The notes under the pieces are model-generated. The model was not told the origin of the DNA. It was given only the letters and a program-made list of their open reading frames with translations, and did no database searches. The translations under genes were made by a program, and so were the position numbers. A stretch of DNA of 55,177 bases from Thermodesulfobacteriota bacterium (lineage in GTDB: Bacteria > Desulfobacterota > DSM-4660 > Desulfatiglandales > B25-G16): positions 1 through 55,177 of the forward strand of contig JAYEMW010000253.1 in NCBI GenBank assembly GCA_034718555.1, given 5' to 3'. This document shows positions 17,787 to 27,739 of the stretch, piece by piece. Numbering within the stretch: the stretch's first letter is position 1; every line of letters begins with the position of its first letter.

Positions 17787-18401
17787 ATGTTAAAGATAAA
17801 TCGCAATGATAAATGCCCCTGTGGAAGCGGCAAAAAATACAAGAAGTGTTGTTATCTTGATTCAGATAAAAATTCTGAAATAATAAGAGCACTGTCTATT
17901 GCAAAAACTTATGAAGAAGCATTTACAATACTCTCTAAGCCAAGGGAGGTCTATCAAATAAAAATAGATCTAATTCGAATGGGGTTCGACGAGATTGAAG
18001 AAGAGACTTCAAGAATTATTGAAATTGAAGACAAACAAACTTTATACGATCTTCATAGAGATATACAAGATTTATTCGATTGGGATAATGATCATATGTT
18101 CTCCTTCTATATTAGTGAAAAATTGTATGACTGGGACAATGAGTATTCGGCAAATCCTATCGGAGAACATATGGTTTCAAGTTACGGGAAACAATCTAAG
18201 CCGGCTGCTGAATACGAATTACGTGATTTAGATCTGTCAATGGGTTTTTCGTTTTGGTATTTGTTTGATTATGGAGACCAATTAGTTCATAAAATTACTG
18301 TAGAAAAAATTCGAGAAATGAAGCAGGAAGAAAGCGGGTTTCCAAAATTGATTGATAGGAAAGGCGACAATCCTTCCCAATATGGAGTATTTGAGGAATA
18401 A
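17787..18401 (+). CDS. SEC-C motif protein with plasmid pRiA4b ORF-3-like domain
   Basis: N-terminal CPCGSGKKYKKCC (SEC-C metal-binding motif). The C-terminal part (...LYDLHRDIQDLFDWDNDHMFSFYI...WYLFDYGD...H) resembles the pRiA4b ORF-3 / IS-passenger family. Confidence 0.6.
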   Translation: MLKINRNDKCPCGSGKKYKKCCYLDSDKNSEIIRALSIAKTYEEAFTILSKPREVYQIKIDLIRMGFDEIEEETSRIIEIEDKQTLYDLHRDIQDLFDWDNDHMFSFYISEKLYDWDNEYSANPIGEHMVSSYGKQSKPAAEYELRDLDLSMGFSFWYLFDYGDQLVHKITVEKIREMKQEESGFPKLIDRKGDNPSQYGVFEE

Positions 18402-18587
18402 TGGTAGCCATGATATAGCTTATGGTTAGGCAATGGTCTACTGCTGCTCTATCTGAAAACCTGGCCGGCTTGCACGAGCCGGAGCAATTTACCGGACCGC
18501 CGTGGTACGTGATCCGTATGCGCGGCGGTGTGGGAGGGGAGGGGAGTTGCGAGACCTCTCCCTATCCCGATTGGCCTAAAACACCTC

Positions 18588-18616
18588 TTGACTGCTTGGT
18601 TTGGGAGGGGTATGCT
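18588..18616 (+). promoter_or_regulatory. Sigma-70-like promoter of mazEF
   Basis: TTGACT (18588-18593), a 17-nt spacer, TATGCT (18611-18616). AAGGAGG lies at 18629-18635 ahead of the ATG at 18643. Confidence 0.5.
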
Positions 18617-18642
18617 TTGGATATACGCAAGGAGGTGATCAC

Positions 18643-18891
18643 ATGCATACGAAGATTCAACAATGGGGTAATAGCCAGGGAATACGCCTTGCCAAGAACG
18701 TGCTGGAAGATGTTCGCCTTGGAGTTGGGGACAAGGTGGACGTTGCGGTACGAGACGGCATCATCGTTGTCGCGCCAATCAGGAAAATACGTGGACGGCA
18801 TCGTCTCGAGGACCTCGTGGCGCAAATTCCCGAAGACTATCACGCTGGCGAAGTCGATTGGGGGGAGCCGGTCGGTAAGGAGACATGGTAG
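18643..18891 (+). CDS. mazE: MazE antitoxin (AbrB/SpoVT fold)
   Basis: MHTKIQQWGNSQGIRLAKNVLEDVRLGVGDKVDV is the canonical looped-hinge-helix MazE N-terminus. The ATG at 18643 with a good RBS is preferred to the upstream TTG at 18601. Confidence 0.85.
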   Translation: MHTKIQQWGNSQGIRLAKNVLEDVRLGVGDKVDVAVRDGIIVVAPIRKIRGRHRLEDLVAQIPEDYHAGEVDWGEPVGKETW

Positions 18892-19227
18892 ATGGCTGTA
18901 TATATCCCCAAACAAGGCGACATTATCGCCATCACTTTCGATCCCCAGTCCGGTCACGAACAGAAAGGGCGTCGGCCTGCTCTGGTTGTGAGCAAGGACT
19001 TGTTCAACCGTAGCACTGGCTTGGCCATTGTGTGTCCCCTAACGAACACCGGACGCGGGTTTCCTTTCCACGTGCCTGTTCCGGAAAACAGCAGCCTGAC
19101 GGGGTTCATTATGGTTGAGCAGGTCAAGTCGGTCGACTTCCGTACTCGACAAGCGAAGTGCATCGAACGTGCCTCAGGTGAACTGCTCGCAAACGTGCTG
19201 TCGATATTAGACGCCTGCATCTACTAA
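18892..19227 (+). CDS. mazF: MazF endoribonuclease toxin
   Basis: YIPKQGDIIAITFDPQSGHEQKGRRPALVVS...AIVCPLTN is strongly MazF-like. It starts immediately after the mazE stop. Confidence 0.85.
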   Translation: MAVYIPKQGDIIAITFDPQSGHEQKGRRPALVVSKDLFNRSTGLAIVCPLTNTGRGFPFHVPVPENSSLTGFIMVEQVKSVDFRTRQAKCIERASGELLANVLSILDACIY

Positions 19228-19442
19228 GGGCTCACTCAAAAATAACTTTACATTTCAGGCGCCGATACATACCGTCTGACTGCGTTGTGAAAACTCGGAA
19301 TATGACTGATATTCCTGCGTTTCCACGCCTTGTCGGACGGGCGCCTCAACACCTGAAATTGCGAACTTATTTTTTCGGGAACCCTAACCGGTCAACAACA
19401 CCATGATAAGGTTTTGGGACGATAGAAACGGATAATAATAAA

Positions 19443-20264
19443 TCACCTTTTTAGTTCCGACCGCAGGCTTCGAGCCATAATAAACTCATAAAGGGCAGGA
19501 CAACACCGGGTCATTATTCTGGTCAAGCGGCCTACTCCTGATAAAACTATTAGGCGCTTTTTTCTCACGGCGGCATTGTAAACCGCATTGGCCACGCTTT
19601 CAGGGGAAGCGGCCTTTCCCACAGTAGACTGGGGATGGGTTGAGAGAGAGCCGTCTTTGTCAAGGGCATGCCTGTTGATTTCGGTGTTGGTAAATCCCGG
19701 ACAAACGATTGTAACTGTCACGTGGTATTTTTTCAACTCTGCTCTGAGGGAACCAAACAGACCATGAAGGGCGTGTTTACTGCCTGCATATCCTGTCCGA
19801 CCGAGAAGAGGGGCGAAACCGGCTACAGAACTGACGGCAATGATAATGCCCTGATTCAAGATTAGCTGGTTCAGCGCAGCCTTGGTGCAGTTGATCGAAC
19901 CAAAGTAGTTGACATCCATTACCCTGCGAAAGACACCTGTCTCAGTCTCCGAAAAGGCGCTTCTATGGGTTATGCCTGCATTGTTTATGAGCACATCGAT
20001 CCGGCCGTATCTTTTGACTACAGCCGTCAATGTATTACGGCAGGCCTCTTCATTTGTTACGTCCAATGGCATTCCTGCGCAGGCAATACCCTCAGTCTCA
20101 AGCTTGCCGGCAACCATACCCACACGATCTTCGTCCAGGTCTATTAATATAACAATGGCGCCTGCCTGACCGAACCTACGGCTTAATGCCTGCCCTATGC
20201 CCCCGGCTGCGCCGGTGATAATGACCACCTTTTCCTTAAGGCTATATTTTTTTATCAATGGCAA
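19443..20264 (-). CDS. Short-chain dehydrogenase/reductase (classical SDR)
   Basis: TGAAGGIG cofactor motif, NNAG, YAGSK catalytic YxxxK. Confidence 0.8.
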   Translation of the reverse strand: MPLIKKYSLKEKVVIITGAAGGIGQALSRRFGQAGAIVILIDLDEDRVGMVAGKLETEGIACAGMPLDVTNEEACRNTLTAVVKRYGRIDVLINNAGITHRSAFSETETGVFRRVMDVNYFGSINCTKAALNQLILNQGIIIAVSSVAGFAPLLGRTGYAGSKHALHGLFGSLRAELKKYHVTVTIVCPGFTNTEINRHALDKDGSLSTHPQSTVGKAASPESVANAVYNAAVRKKRLIVLSGVGRLTRIMTRCCPALYEFIMARSLRSELKR

Positions 20265-21228
20265 CCTTATTTATATAATATTCAAATACCTGGCGGGTTG
20301 TCTTTTGTGGGATGTAGCCAAATTGATCCTTAAGCCGGTGGTTGCTTAGTACTGGCCTGTATCGGATAAAATCAACCTGCTCCGGGCCATATCGGCTAAG
20401 TTTCAGTCTGGATAAAGCCCATAGCGCTGCTTTTACAAGCCAGACTGGGAGCGACAGATAAGGCTTTCCTAACAGTGAGGCAATTTCTTTCAATGTCAGA
20501 ACCCCGTCGCCTGCCAAGTTAAATATACCGGATATGTCACTACGTATACCATTGACAATACAGTTCACAACATCCTGATCCCAGATAAACACAAAGGGCG
20601 TTGCAGCGCCTTTCAGACCTAAAATATAGAGTTTTTGGAACAGGGCTGTTATCTGGTTATCTGTAGTGGCTCCGAGTATGGTCCCAGGACGGAAAATTAG
20701 CTGTTTCAATTTTGGGTGTTCTTTTTTGTAACGGGCCAGCATCTCCTCTATTAGCCGTTTATGGTCTGAATAGGCAAATTCAGGGTTTCCCCGCAATGTA
20801 TCCGCCTCAGTCAGCCACTCAGGGTTGTCAGGGTAATATCCATAGGCAGCGCCACTGCTGGTTATGATGACCTTTTGCACCCCTGTCTCAATACAGGCAT
20901 TCAGAACATTTTCCGTCCCAAGAACATCCACCGAATACAGGAATTCCCTGCTAAAGCCCTTTTCAGGAGTGACCATTGAGGCCAGATGCACAACCGTGCC
21001 TATCCTGAACTCCCTGAAAATATCAAGCATTTTAGGAGACCGCACATCAGCCGTAACATATGTGACTTCCTGTTTTTTCTCCTCAGAGGGAATCTCTCGA
21101 AGGTCAGCGGCAACGATATTCGCGAGCCCTCCCCTTTCCTTTGCAAGGGCATCAACGAGCAGTCTGCCTATGTACCCACCTGCGCCTGTAATAAGCACTG
21201 ACGATTGTTTTGATTCAGGTGATTTCAC
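20242..21228 (-). CDS. NAD-dependent epimerase/dehydratase family (extended SDR)
   Basis: ITGAGGYIGRLL Rossmann motif and YSDHK catalytic YxxxK. 328 aa. Confidence 0.75.
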   Translation of the reverse strand: MKSPESKQSSVLITGAGGYIGRLLVDALAKERGGLANIVAADLREIPSEEKKQEVTYVTADVRSPKMLDIFREFRIGTVVHLASMVTPEKGFSREFLYSVDVLGTENVLNACIETGVQKVIITSSGAAYGYYPDNPEWLTEADTLRGNPEFAYSDHKRLIEEMLARYKKEHPKLKQLIFRPGTILGATTDNQITALFQKLYILGLKGAATPFVFIWDQDVVNCIVNGIRSDISGIFNLAGDGVLTLKEIASLLGKPYLSLPVWLVKAALWALSRLKLSRYGPEQVDFIRYRPVLSNHRLKDQFGYIPQKTTRQVFEYYINKVAIDKKI

Positions 21229-22155
21229 CTATGACGCCCCATATGTCTCATCATCCGGCGGCCTCCGTGACCAGTATAGAGACATGGTTAAACCGGAAAT
21301 TACATGCCAAATGCCCCACCATGCCGCCACAATTGCCATACCACCCAGACCTTCAAAAAAATTAAAGACAAGTATCAAACCAAGGGCGGAATTCTGTATA
21401 CCTACCTCTATGGATACGGCACGGCAGTCCCTGTCTTGCAGTCTGAACAGGCAGGCAGACCAGTAACCTGTGCTGAGTGCCAGGGCATTGTGGAGGAACA
21501 CGCCGAATACCACCAATCCTATTACCCTGAGAAATATCTGCCAGTTGGCTGCAAGAGCCGCCCCAACGAAGCCTATAAAGACAATAAAGGATATTATTTT
21601 AAAGGGTTTGCGGATTTTTTCAATCAAATTTGGAAAGATATGTGAAAGGACCATGCCTGTGGTTAGGGGAATTCCAAGTATTAAGACGATGGTGTTAAAC
21701 ACGTCAAGGAGGTTTAGACTTACCTGTCGAAGGATTGGGGCTGTAGCCGGATTAAGGCTGCCCCACAGGGAAATGTTAAGCGGCGTCATGATAATGGCAG
21801 CGGCCGTGGATACGGCTGTCATGCTTACAGATACAGCGGCGTTGCCTCTGGCCAGGTAGGTCATTATATTGGAGAGATTACCACCGGGACATGCGGCTAT
21901 GAGTATCATTCCCAGGGCCATGGATGGTGAAAGTCGAAGGACAAGGGTGAGCAAAAAAGTGAATCCGGGAAGGAGTATGAATTGGGCGGCCAGGCCAATG
22001 GACGGAGCCTTTGGCGATATTAAAATCCTTTTAAAATCCGCAGGCTTCAGTTCCAGAGAGACCCCCAGCATCATCAGTCCAATTACTACATTGAGGCCTA
22101 TAAGGGCCTGGGGGCTGAAATTCAGTCTTATCTGATCAATTGCTGCTGCATCCAT
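21229..22155 (-). CDS. Bile acid:sodium symporter (BASS) family transporter
   Basis: Polytopic membrane protein of about 308 aa. The ...GLAAQFILLPGFTF... and ...ACPGGNLSNIMTYLARGN... segments are typical of the BASS/ACR3 fold. Confidence 0.7.
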   Translation of the reverse strand: MDAAAIDQIRLNFSPQALIGLNVVIGLMMLGVSLELKPADFKRILISPKAPSIGLAAQFILLPGFTFLLTLVLRLSPSMALGMILIAACPGGNLSNIMTYLARGNAAVSVSMTAVSTAAAIIMTPLNISLWGSLNPATAPILRQVSLNLLDVFNTIVLILGIPLTTGMVLSHIFPNLIEKIRKPFKIISFIVFIGFVGAALAANWQIFLRVIGLVVFGVFLHNALALSTGYWSACLFRLQDRDCRAVSIEVGIQNSALGLILVFNFFEGLGGMAIVAAWWGIWHVISGLTMSLYWSRRPPDDETYGAS

Positions 22156-22156
22156 A

Positions 22157-23908
22157 TTACCTCCCTGCTGGTTCCTTATGCATATCCTTGAAATGCAAGA
22201 GGCCCGGCGCCCACATATGTTTGACCGGGTCTACATCTACATGTATGACTGAACACTTTCCTGAATTAAGACTCCTTTCAATTGCAGGTACCAGTTCCTC
22301 CGGATCAGAAACCCTTTCACCGTGCCCACCCATAGACCGAGCCAGTTTATCAAACTCAATTTCTCCCAGGTCGGTGTTAATAGTTTCTTCCGGACCAAGG
22401 GATTTTTTTATCATCGTTTTTACCGGTTTAAGGGCGAACTGCTGGTTTATCTTAACCATGCCCCACTGTTTGTCACTACACACCAGGAATATTGGCCTGA
22501 GATTGTTCCTGACAGCAGTTTCAATCTCCTGGGGGTGGAAACCAAAGGCGCCGTCCCCTATTATGCAGTAGACCGGGCTGTTCGGCCTGGCAACAGAAGC
22601 GCCAAGGGCCTGCCCTATGCCTGCGCCCAACATTCCGAAATGATGAGTAGAAAGTAGTGTATTCGGGGTGCGAGCCTCGTGGTAGAAGTTCCCCCATACA
22701 GCCGTGTTTCCACCATCAAATATAACGACTGCATCATCATCAAAGAACTGTCGACAAATGGACGCCACATGCCCTGTAAGCATAGGGGATGACCGGTCTT
22801 CAAGCTTTGTATCGAGCTTTGCCCGGTCTTTGTCACGTTCCTTTGCAAGCATTGCCAGTTTCTGCTTCCTGCTCGTTATCGGGATCGTGGACTTCAATTC
22901 CTCGATCTTCTCTAACAAGCCGGCAAGAAATAGCCTGACATCCGCCAGTATGGCCAGTTCGGCCGGCCTGTTAACCCCAAGCACCTCCTCATCAATATCA
23001 ACCTGGATAAGTTTTTGGTCATCCGGTTGACGCCAATAGGGCGCCTTTCCCCACCAGTCTGTCTCTCCAAGCCTGGAACCTAAACAGAGGATAAGGTCAC
23101 TGTTGTTCCTGACCTCGTTTACGGCCTTTACATGGATCATGGGCCAGGAAAGCCCTGACGTCTCCCTGAACACACCCCTACCTGACCAGGAGGTAGTCAC
23201 GGGCGCATGGAGCATCTCGGCAACCTGTTCTAATTCCTCAAATGCCCCGGCATGGATAATCCCGCTGCCTGCATGTATAACAGGAAAATCAGCCTCAACA
23301 AGCATACGAGCCGCCTTTTCCACAAGGTCTGAGGCCGGCCGTATTGGATTAACATTACGATACTGGTGAGGCGCCCAGAAGGGTGGGGCCTTGCATTTTC
23401 CATTCATTAAGTCCTCCGGCACATCCAGATGGACAACACCGGGCCTGCCCCGGTAGCTAAGACGAAATGCCCGCCTCAGCATTTCAGGGATACGTTCAAA
23501 CGCTGAAACAGAGCCGGACCATTTTGACATGGGCTTAATTACCCCCACCTGATTGAAATACTGGTATGCCCCGCCTCGGTCCGGTGAGGAGATTCCCTTT
23601 CGCCGTGAACTGGTTATCAGGAGAACTCGATTGCCCTCTCCGTTTTCTACTGCCACTCCTGCAAGCACATTTGCCACACCCGGGCCGTTGCTTGCCATAC
23701 ATACACCGAGTTTCCCCGTAAGCCTTGCATATGCCCCGGCCATATGGGCTGCAATGGCCTCATGGCGAGGGGTTATGAGGTCTATTCCATATTGTGGAAA
23801 GCTTGAATAGAGGCCAAAATAGGTGCCGTCAATTATGCCGAAGACCTTTTCAACGCCTTCTTCCTTCAACATTCTTCCTATAATCTCGCCGCCGGTCATA
23901 TTGGACAT
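22157..23908 (-). CDS. Thiamine-pyrophosphate enzyme, acetolactate-synthase-like family (substrate unknown)
   Basis: Three-domain TPP enzyme length (583 aa). N-terminal PYR domain (GGEIIGRMLKEEGVEKVFGI...) and the C-terminal GDGAFGF...N TPP/Mg motif. Confidence 0.75.
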   Translation of the reverse strand: MSNMTGGEIIGRMLKEEGVEKVFGIIDGTYFGLYSSFPQYGIDLITPRHEAIAAHMAGAYARLTGKLGVCMASNGPGVANVLAGVAVENGEGNRVLLITSSRRKGISSPDRGGAYQYFNQVGVIKPMSKWSGSVSAFERIPEMLRRAFRLSYRGRPGVVHLDVPEDLMNGKCKAPPFWAPHQYRNVNPIRPASDLVEKAARMLVEADFPVIHAGSGIIHAGAFEELEQVAEMLHAPVTTSWSGRGVFRETSGLSWPMIHVKAVNEVRNNSDLILCLGSRLGETDWWGKAPYWRQPDDQKLIQVDIDEEVLGVNRPAELAILADVRLFLAGLLEKIEELKSTIPITSRKQKLAMLAKERDKDRAKLDTKLEDRSSPMLTGHVASICRQFFDDDAVVIFDGGNTAVWGNFYHEARTPNTLLSTHHFGMLGAGIGQALGASVARPNSPVYCIIGDGAFGFHPQEIETAVRNNLRPIFLVCSDKQWGMVKINQQFALKPVKTMIKKSLGPEETINTDLGEIEFDKLARSMGGHGERVSDPEELVPAIERSLNSGKCSVIHVDVDPVKHMWAPGLLHFKDMHKEPAGR

Positions 23909-23953
23909 ATAATACTCCTGATTAATAGTGATATTTGGCTGTTTTACTATTGT

Positions 23954-24901
23954 TTAGTTTTTCCTATCCTCTTTTTTCTCCCTTGTTGTTTTTTCCAGGG
24001 CCTTGGCGTATGACGAGCTCATTTTATTCAGACCTTTATCAGAAAAAAATATCTCGAAATCTCTATAAAGATTTTCGGTAAAATGAAGCCTATCGTAAAT
24101 ACTATCGTCACAAAATTGAAGAGCCGCTATATGGAGTGTTTCAAGCACAGCGGCAACCGCTGTGCAGCTCTGAAATAAAGAGAATTCTTCCGATGCTACA
24201 ATAATCTGAACTTGGGCCAGGTCCGCAAGTGGAGAAAACTCACTATCGCTCAACAAAATAACAGGCACACCTTGATCGGCACAATGTTGAACAATAAATG
24301 AGGTTTGCTTAGCGTAGGGGTGCCTGAATATAGCAAATAGTATATCGTCCGAATTTACATCTGCTATGGCATCAGGCGTCAGCGAGGAATGAGGGTCTAA
24401 AAGAAATGAGTTTGGACGAATTCTTTTCATCATAATCTGAAATATGTAAGCCATTGCATAAGATGTACGTTGACCGGTTATGAACAGGTTTCCCTTGGCC
24501 TCGATAATCATCCTTGCGGCCTTCAGGAAGTCTTGCTGGTCTATTTGATTATGGGTAAGCTGAAGGCTTTTAATAATATATGCAAAATTTTTCTCTATTA
24601 TATCTTCTTGATCTCCTTTTAATTGTTTCTTCTTCAATGTGTAGCGTTTTGTAATGGAACCGCGCTTCATTAAGGCATCCTGGCGCAGCTCTCTTTGCAG
24701 CTCACCGAAATTATTGTAACCGAGCTTTGAAATAAAGCGCACTACAGTGGCTTTACTGGCGCCTGTCTTATGGCTAATGGAGGTAACGTTTTCGAAGACG
24801 AGCTCCTCATAATGACGTGACAAGTATTCAGCAATTTGGGTGTCAAGAGGTGTAAGTTTTTTTAGGGAGCGAGTCCGCTTCATTAAATTTTTATATTGCA
24901 T
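23954..24901 (-). CDS. MurR/RpiR-family transcriptional regulator (HTH + SIS domain)
   Basis: N-terminal HTH (SISHKTGASKATVVRFISKLGYNNFGEL) and a C-terminal SIS-like phosphosugar-binding domain. It heads the minus-strand operon. Confidence 0.8.
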   Translation of the reverse strand: MQYKNLMKRTRSLKKLTPLDTQIAEYLSRHYEELVFENVTSISHKTGASKATVVRFISKLGYNNFGELQRELRQDALMKRGSITKRYTLKKKQLKGDQEDIIEKNFAYIIKSLQLTHNQIDQQDFLKAARMIIEAKGNLFITGQRTSYAMAYIFQIMMKRIRPNSFLLDPHSSLTPDAIADVNSDDILFAIFRHPYAKQTSFIVQHCADQGVPVILLSDSEFSPLADLAQVQIIVASEEFSLFQSCTAVAAVLETLHIAALQFCDDSIYDRLHFTENLYRDFEIFFSDKGLNKMSSSYAKALEKTTREKKEDRKN

Positions 24902-25264
24902 TGTAAAATATTAGAATAATCAAATGGACAAGTCAATACGCATCTCCAGGGAATAGCGTTGGATTGTGATTATTTTTTTCATTGACAAAAAGTAACGTAT
25001 AAGGTAAAGGCAAAACAAATGTTTCATTGTTTTTCTTTTTGAAACAGATAAACCATTTACCTTGGAAATATCTTTTTGCCCTTTTTAAGATATAGATGAC
25101 CACGAAAAAATATTTTTATCAATAGTCTTTTTGAAAATGCAACGGGAAGGGTGGTGATAAGTGATGTAAAAAAATCGATTTTTAAATGAAACCTAAGTTG
25201 CTCGATAGACATTGCTCACCAATAGCATAAAAAATAAAACAAGCATAAAGGAGGCTAAATAATA

Positions 25265-26809
25265 ATGAAAAGTAGAATTACTCGACTTTTGTCAATCAGT
25301 CTGTTCATACTTATCAGTGCGTCATTTCTCGCGGCTCCAGCATGGGCCGGTAAAAAGAAAGATACGCTTAATATAGCATTCAGCAAGGAACTGGAAACCC
25401 TGGACAGGTATTTTAATACGGCCCGGGAGGGCATTGTTATTGCCCGGCATGTATTTGATAATCTCCTTTACCGGGACCCAGTAACCTATAAATATAAAGG
25501 GTTGCTCGCAAAATCTTATAAATGGATTAGCACTACTGAAATGGAGATCGTTCTTCGCCAGGGTATAAAGTTTCATAACGGTGCGGATATGACTGCCGAT
25601 GATGTGGTATACACCTTGAATTTTGCGGCGAACCCGGACAATAAGGTTAGAACCCAGCGTTACTCCAACTGGATTAAGGAGGTTGTGAAGGCCGGGCCTT
25701 ATGCAGTAAAGATTCTTCTTAAGAAACCATTTCCCGCTGCCCTGGAGTTTCTTTCCGGGGCCAACCCTATTTACCCTAAGGATTATTACGCCAAGGTTGG
25801 AACTAAAGGGTTTGGCGTAAAACCCATTGGCACAGGGCCCTATAAGATCACTGAAGTAATACCGGGACAGGAAATAGTTATGGTTAAAAATACTGAGTAT
25901 TTCAAGGACAGCCCCAAGGGCCAGCCATCAATAGGCAAGATAGTCTGGCGGACCCTCCCAGAGCTTAATACTCAGGTAGCTGAATTAATGACAGGATCAT
26001 TAGATTGGATTTACTTAGTTCCACCAGACCAGGCGGAAAAACTTGCCAAAATGCCTGACCTTACAGTTGTGCCTGCAGAAACAATGCGTATCGGATATAT
26101 TGTTTTTGACGCCGCTGATCGTTCGGGCAAGGAACACGGCATGAACAACCCATTTAAGGATATAAAGGTCCGCCAGGCTGTAAGTCATGCCATAAACAAG
26201 GCCTCTATTGCAAAAAATCTAATCGGTGGGCAATCGAGATCTGTGTATTCGGCGTGTTTTCCAACGCAATTTGGTTGCGAGCAGGATGTAAAAAAATATG
26301 AATACGACCCTTCAAAGGCCAAAAAACTCCTTGCAGAGGCCGGGTTTCCCGATGGCTTTGAGACCACCCTTTACTGCTACCGTAACAGGCCCTTTGCAGA
26401 GGCAATGGTAGGCAATCTTGCCGATATCGGTATAAAGGCCAAGCTAATGAAGATGAAATATGCGGCCTTAAGGGAAAAAGCCCGTGCAGGCAAGGCCCAG
26501 ATGCAGTTTTTGACCTGGGGCTCTTACTCTATTAACGATGTTTCAGCTATAACAAGTCATTTTTTTGAGTTTGAAGAAGACGATCTTGCAAGGGACGCCC
26601 AGGTAAGGGACTGGCTTATGGAGGCCGACTCATCTATTGATGTTGCCAAGCGCAAAGCCCTTTACAGTAAGGCCTTGAAACGTATTGCCGGCCAGGCATA
26701 CTGGTGCCCTATGTTTACCTATGTCTCCAATAACTGCTTTTCCAAGGATCTGGATTTCACGCCCTATCCGGATGCAGTGCCCAGGTTTTTCCAGGCCAGG
26801 TGGAAATAG
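25265..26809 (+). CDS. ABC transporter substrate-binding protein, family 5 (peptide/opine/nickel type)
   Basis: Signal peptide (…LAAPAWAGKKK). About 510 aa with the DppA/OppA-like layout. First gene of the ABC operon. Confidence 0.8.
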   Translation: MKSRITRLLSISLFILISASFLAAPAWAGKKKDTLNIAFSKELETLDRYFNTAREGIVIARHVFDNLLYRDPVTYKYKGLLAKSYKWISTTEMEIVLRQGIKFHNGADMTADDVVYTLNFAANPDNKVRTQRYSNWIKEVVKAGPYAVKILLKKPFPAALEFLSGANPIYPKDYYAKVGTKGFGVKPIGTGPYKITEVIPGQEIVMVKNTEYFKDSPKGQPSIGKIVWRTLPELNTQVAELMTGSLDWIYLVPPDQAEKLAKMPDLTVVPAETMRIGYIVFDAADRSGKEHGMNNPFKDIKVRQAVSHAINKASIAKNLIGGQSRSVYSACFPTQFGCEQDVKKYEYDPSKAKKLLAEAGFPDGFETTLYCYRNRPFAEAMVGNLADIGIKAKLMKMKYAALREKARAGKAQMQFLTWGSYSINDVSAITSHFFEFEEDDLARDAQVRDWLMEADSSIDVAKRKALYSKALKRIAGQAYWCPMFTYVSNNCFSKDLDFTPYPDAVPRFFQARWK

Positions 26810-26818
26810 TAGGAAAAT

Positions 26819-27736
26819 ATGTTAATATATACCTTAAAACGCCTGGGACTTGCTGTTCTGGTTACTATCAGTGTATCTTTTGTAAGTTTCATGTTGATCA
26901 GGGTCTCAGGCGATCCTGCCATTGCCCTTGCAGGGGAAGGGGCAAGCCAGGAGGAAATTGAGTTTGTCCGGGTTCAATACGGTTTTGACCGCCCCTTAAT
27001 AGTGCAATATATAGAATGGGCTGGGCGGGCTTTGCATGGTGACCTGGGCGAATCCCCATATCTTAATCAACCTGTAGCAGGGATGCTTAAAGAACGAATG
27101 GGCGTTACCATGACCCTCGGTATTTCCGCCCTGACCTTTGCCATGATTCTCGCTATTCCATTAGGTGTCCTGGCGGCAATTCGACCAAATACATGGATAG
27201 ACAGGATTGCCCTTGCTATCTCGGTTATGGGCCAGGCCATGCCCTCCTTCTGGTTCGGTCTTATTATGATTATCTTTTTTGGTGTTTATCTGCGCTGGCT
27301 TCCAATTTCAGGAAGCGATACATGGAAACATTTTTTAATGCCGACCGTTGCCCTGGGATACTACGCTACACCTGCAATAATGCGCCTGGTCAGATCAGGC
27401 ATGCTCGAGGTTCTCGCCTCTGATCATATCCGAACATCAAGGGCAAAGGGCCTACGATGGCCCAAGATTCTTTTTAAACATGCCCTTAGAAACGCTATTA
27501 TACCGGTTGTGGCTGTAGCAGCCGTTCAGTTAGGCTTTATGTTAGGCGGATCCATTGTTATTGAGTCGGTTTTTGCCCTAAATGGCCTTGGCAACCTTGC
27601 CTGGGTTTCCATATCCAGGTCGGATTTGCCTGTTGTTCAGGCAATTGTTTTAATGCTGGCGACCATTTATGTATTTCTCACTTTTGTCAGTGATCTCATT
27701 AACGCCTTTCTTGATCCAAGGATAAGGAATATGTAA
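26819..27736 (+). CDS. ABC transporter permease (DppB-like)
   Basis: MLIYTLKRLGLAVLVTISVSFVSF opening and an EAA-type loop (…RTSRAKGL…), typical of DppB/OppB permeases. Confidence 0.8.
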   Translation: MLIYTLKRLGLAVLVTISVSFVSFMLIRVSGDPAIALAGEGASQEEIEFVRVQYGFDRPLIVQYIEWAGRALHGDLGESPYLNQPVAGMLKERMGVTMTLGISALTFAMILAIPLGVLAAIRPNTWIDRIALAISVMGQAMPSFWFGLIMIIFFGVYLRWLPISGSDTWKHFLMPTVALGYYATPAIMRLVRSGMLEVLASDHIRTSRAKGLRWPKILFKHALRNAIIPVVAVAAVQLGFMLGGSIVIESVFALNGLGNLAWVSISRSDLPVVQAIVLMLATIYVFLTFVSDLINAFLDPRIRNM

Positions 27737-27739
27737 ACA

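Noticed and set aside
18422-18991. 189-aa ORF spanning the mazE/mazF region
   Set aside because: It is out of frame with, and overlaps, two strongly supported TA genes. Its product (…GPPWYVIRMRGGVGGEGSCETSPYPD…) is the kind of translation produced by GC-rich structured non-coding DNA.
19245-19365. The imperfect palindrome downstream of mazF as an integron attC site
   Set aside because: The hairpin-with-bulges architecture is suggestive. However, I cannot identify convincing RYYYAAC/GTTRRRY core sites, and there is no intI gene or cassette array in the window. It is kept only as a structural observation.
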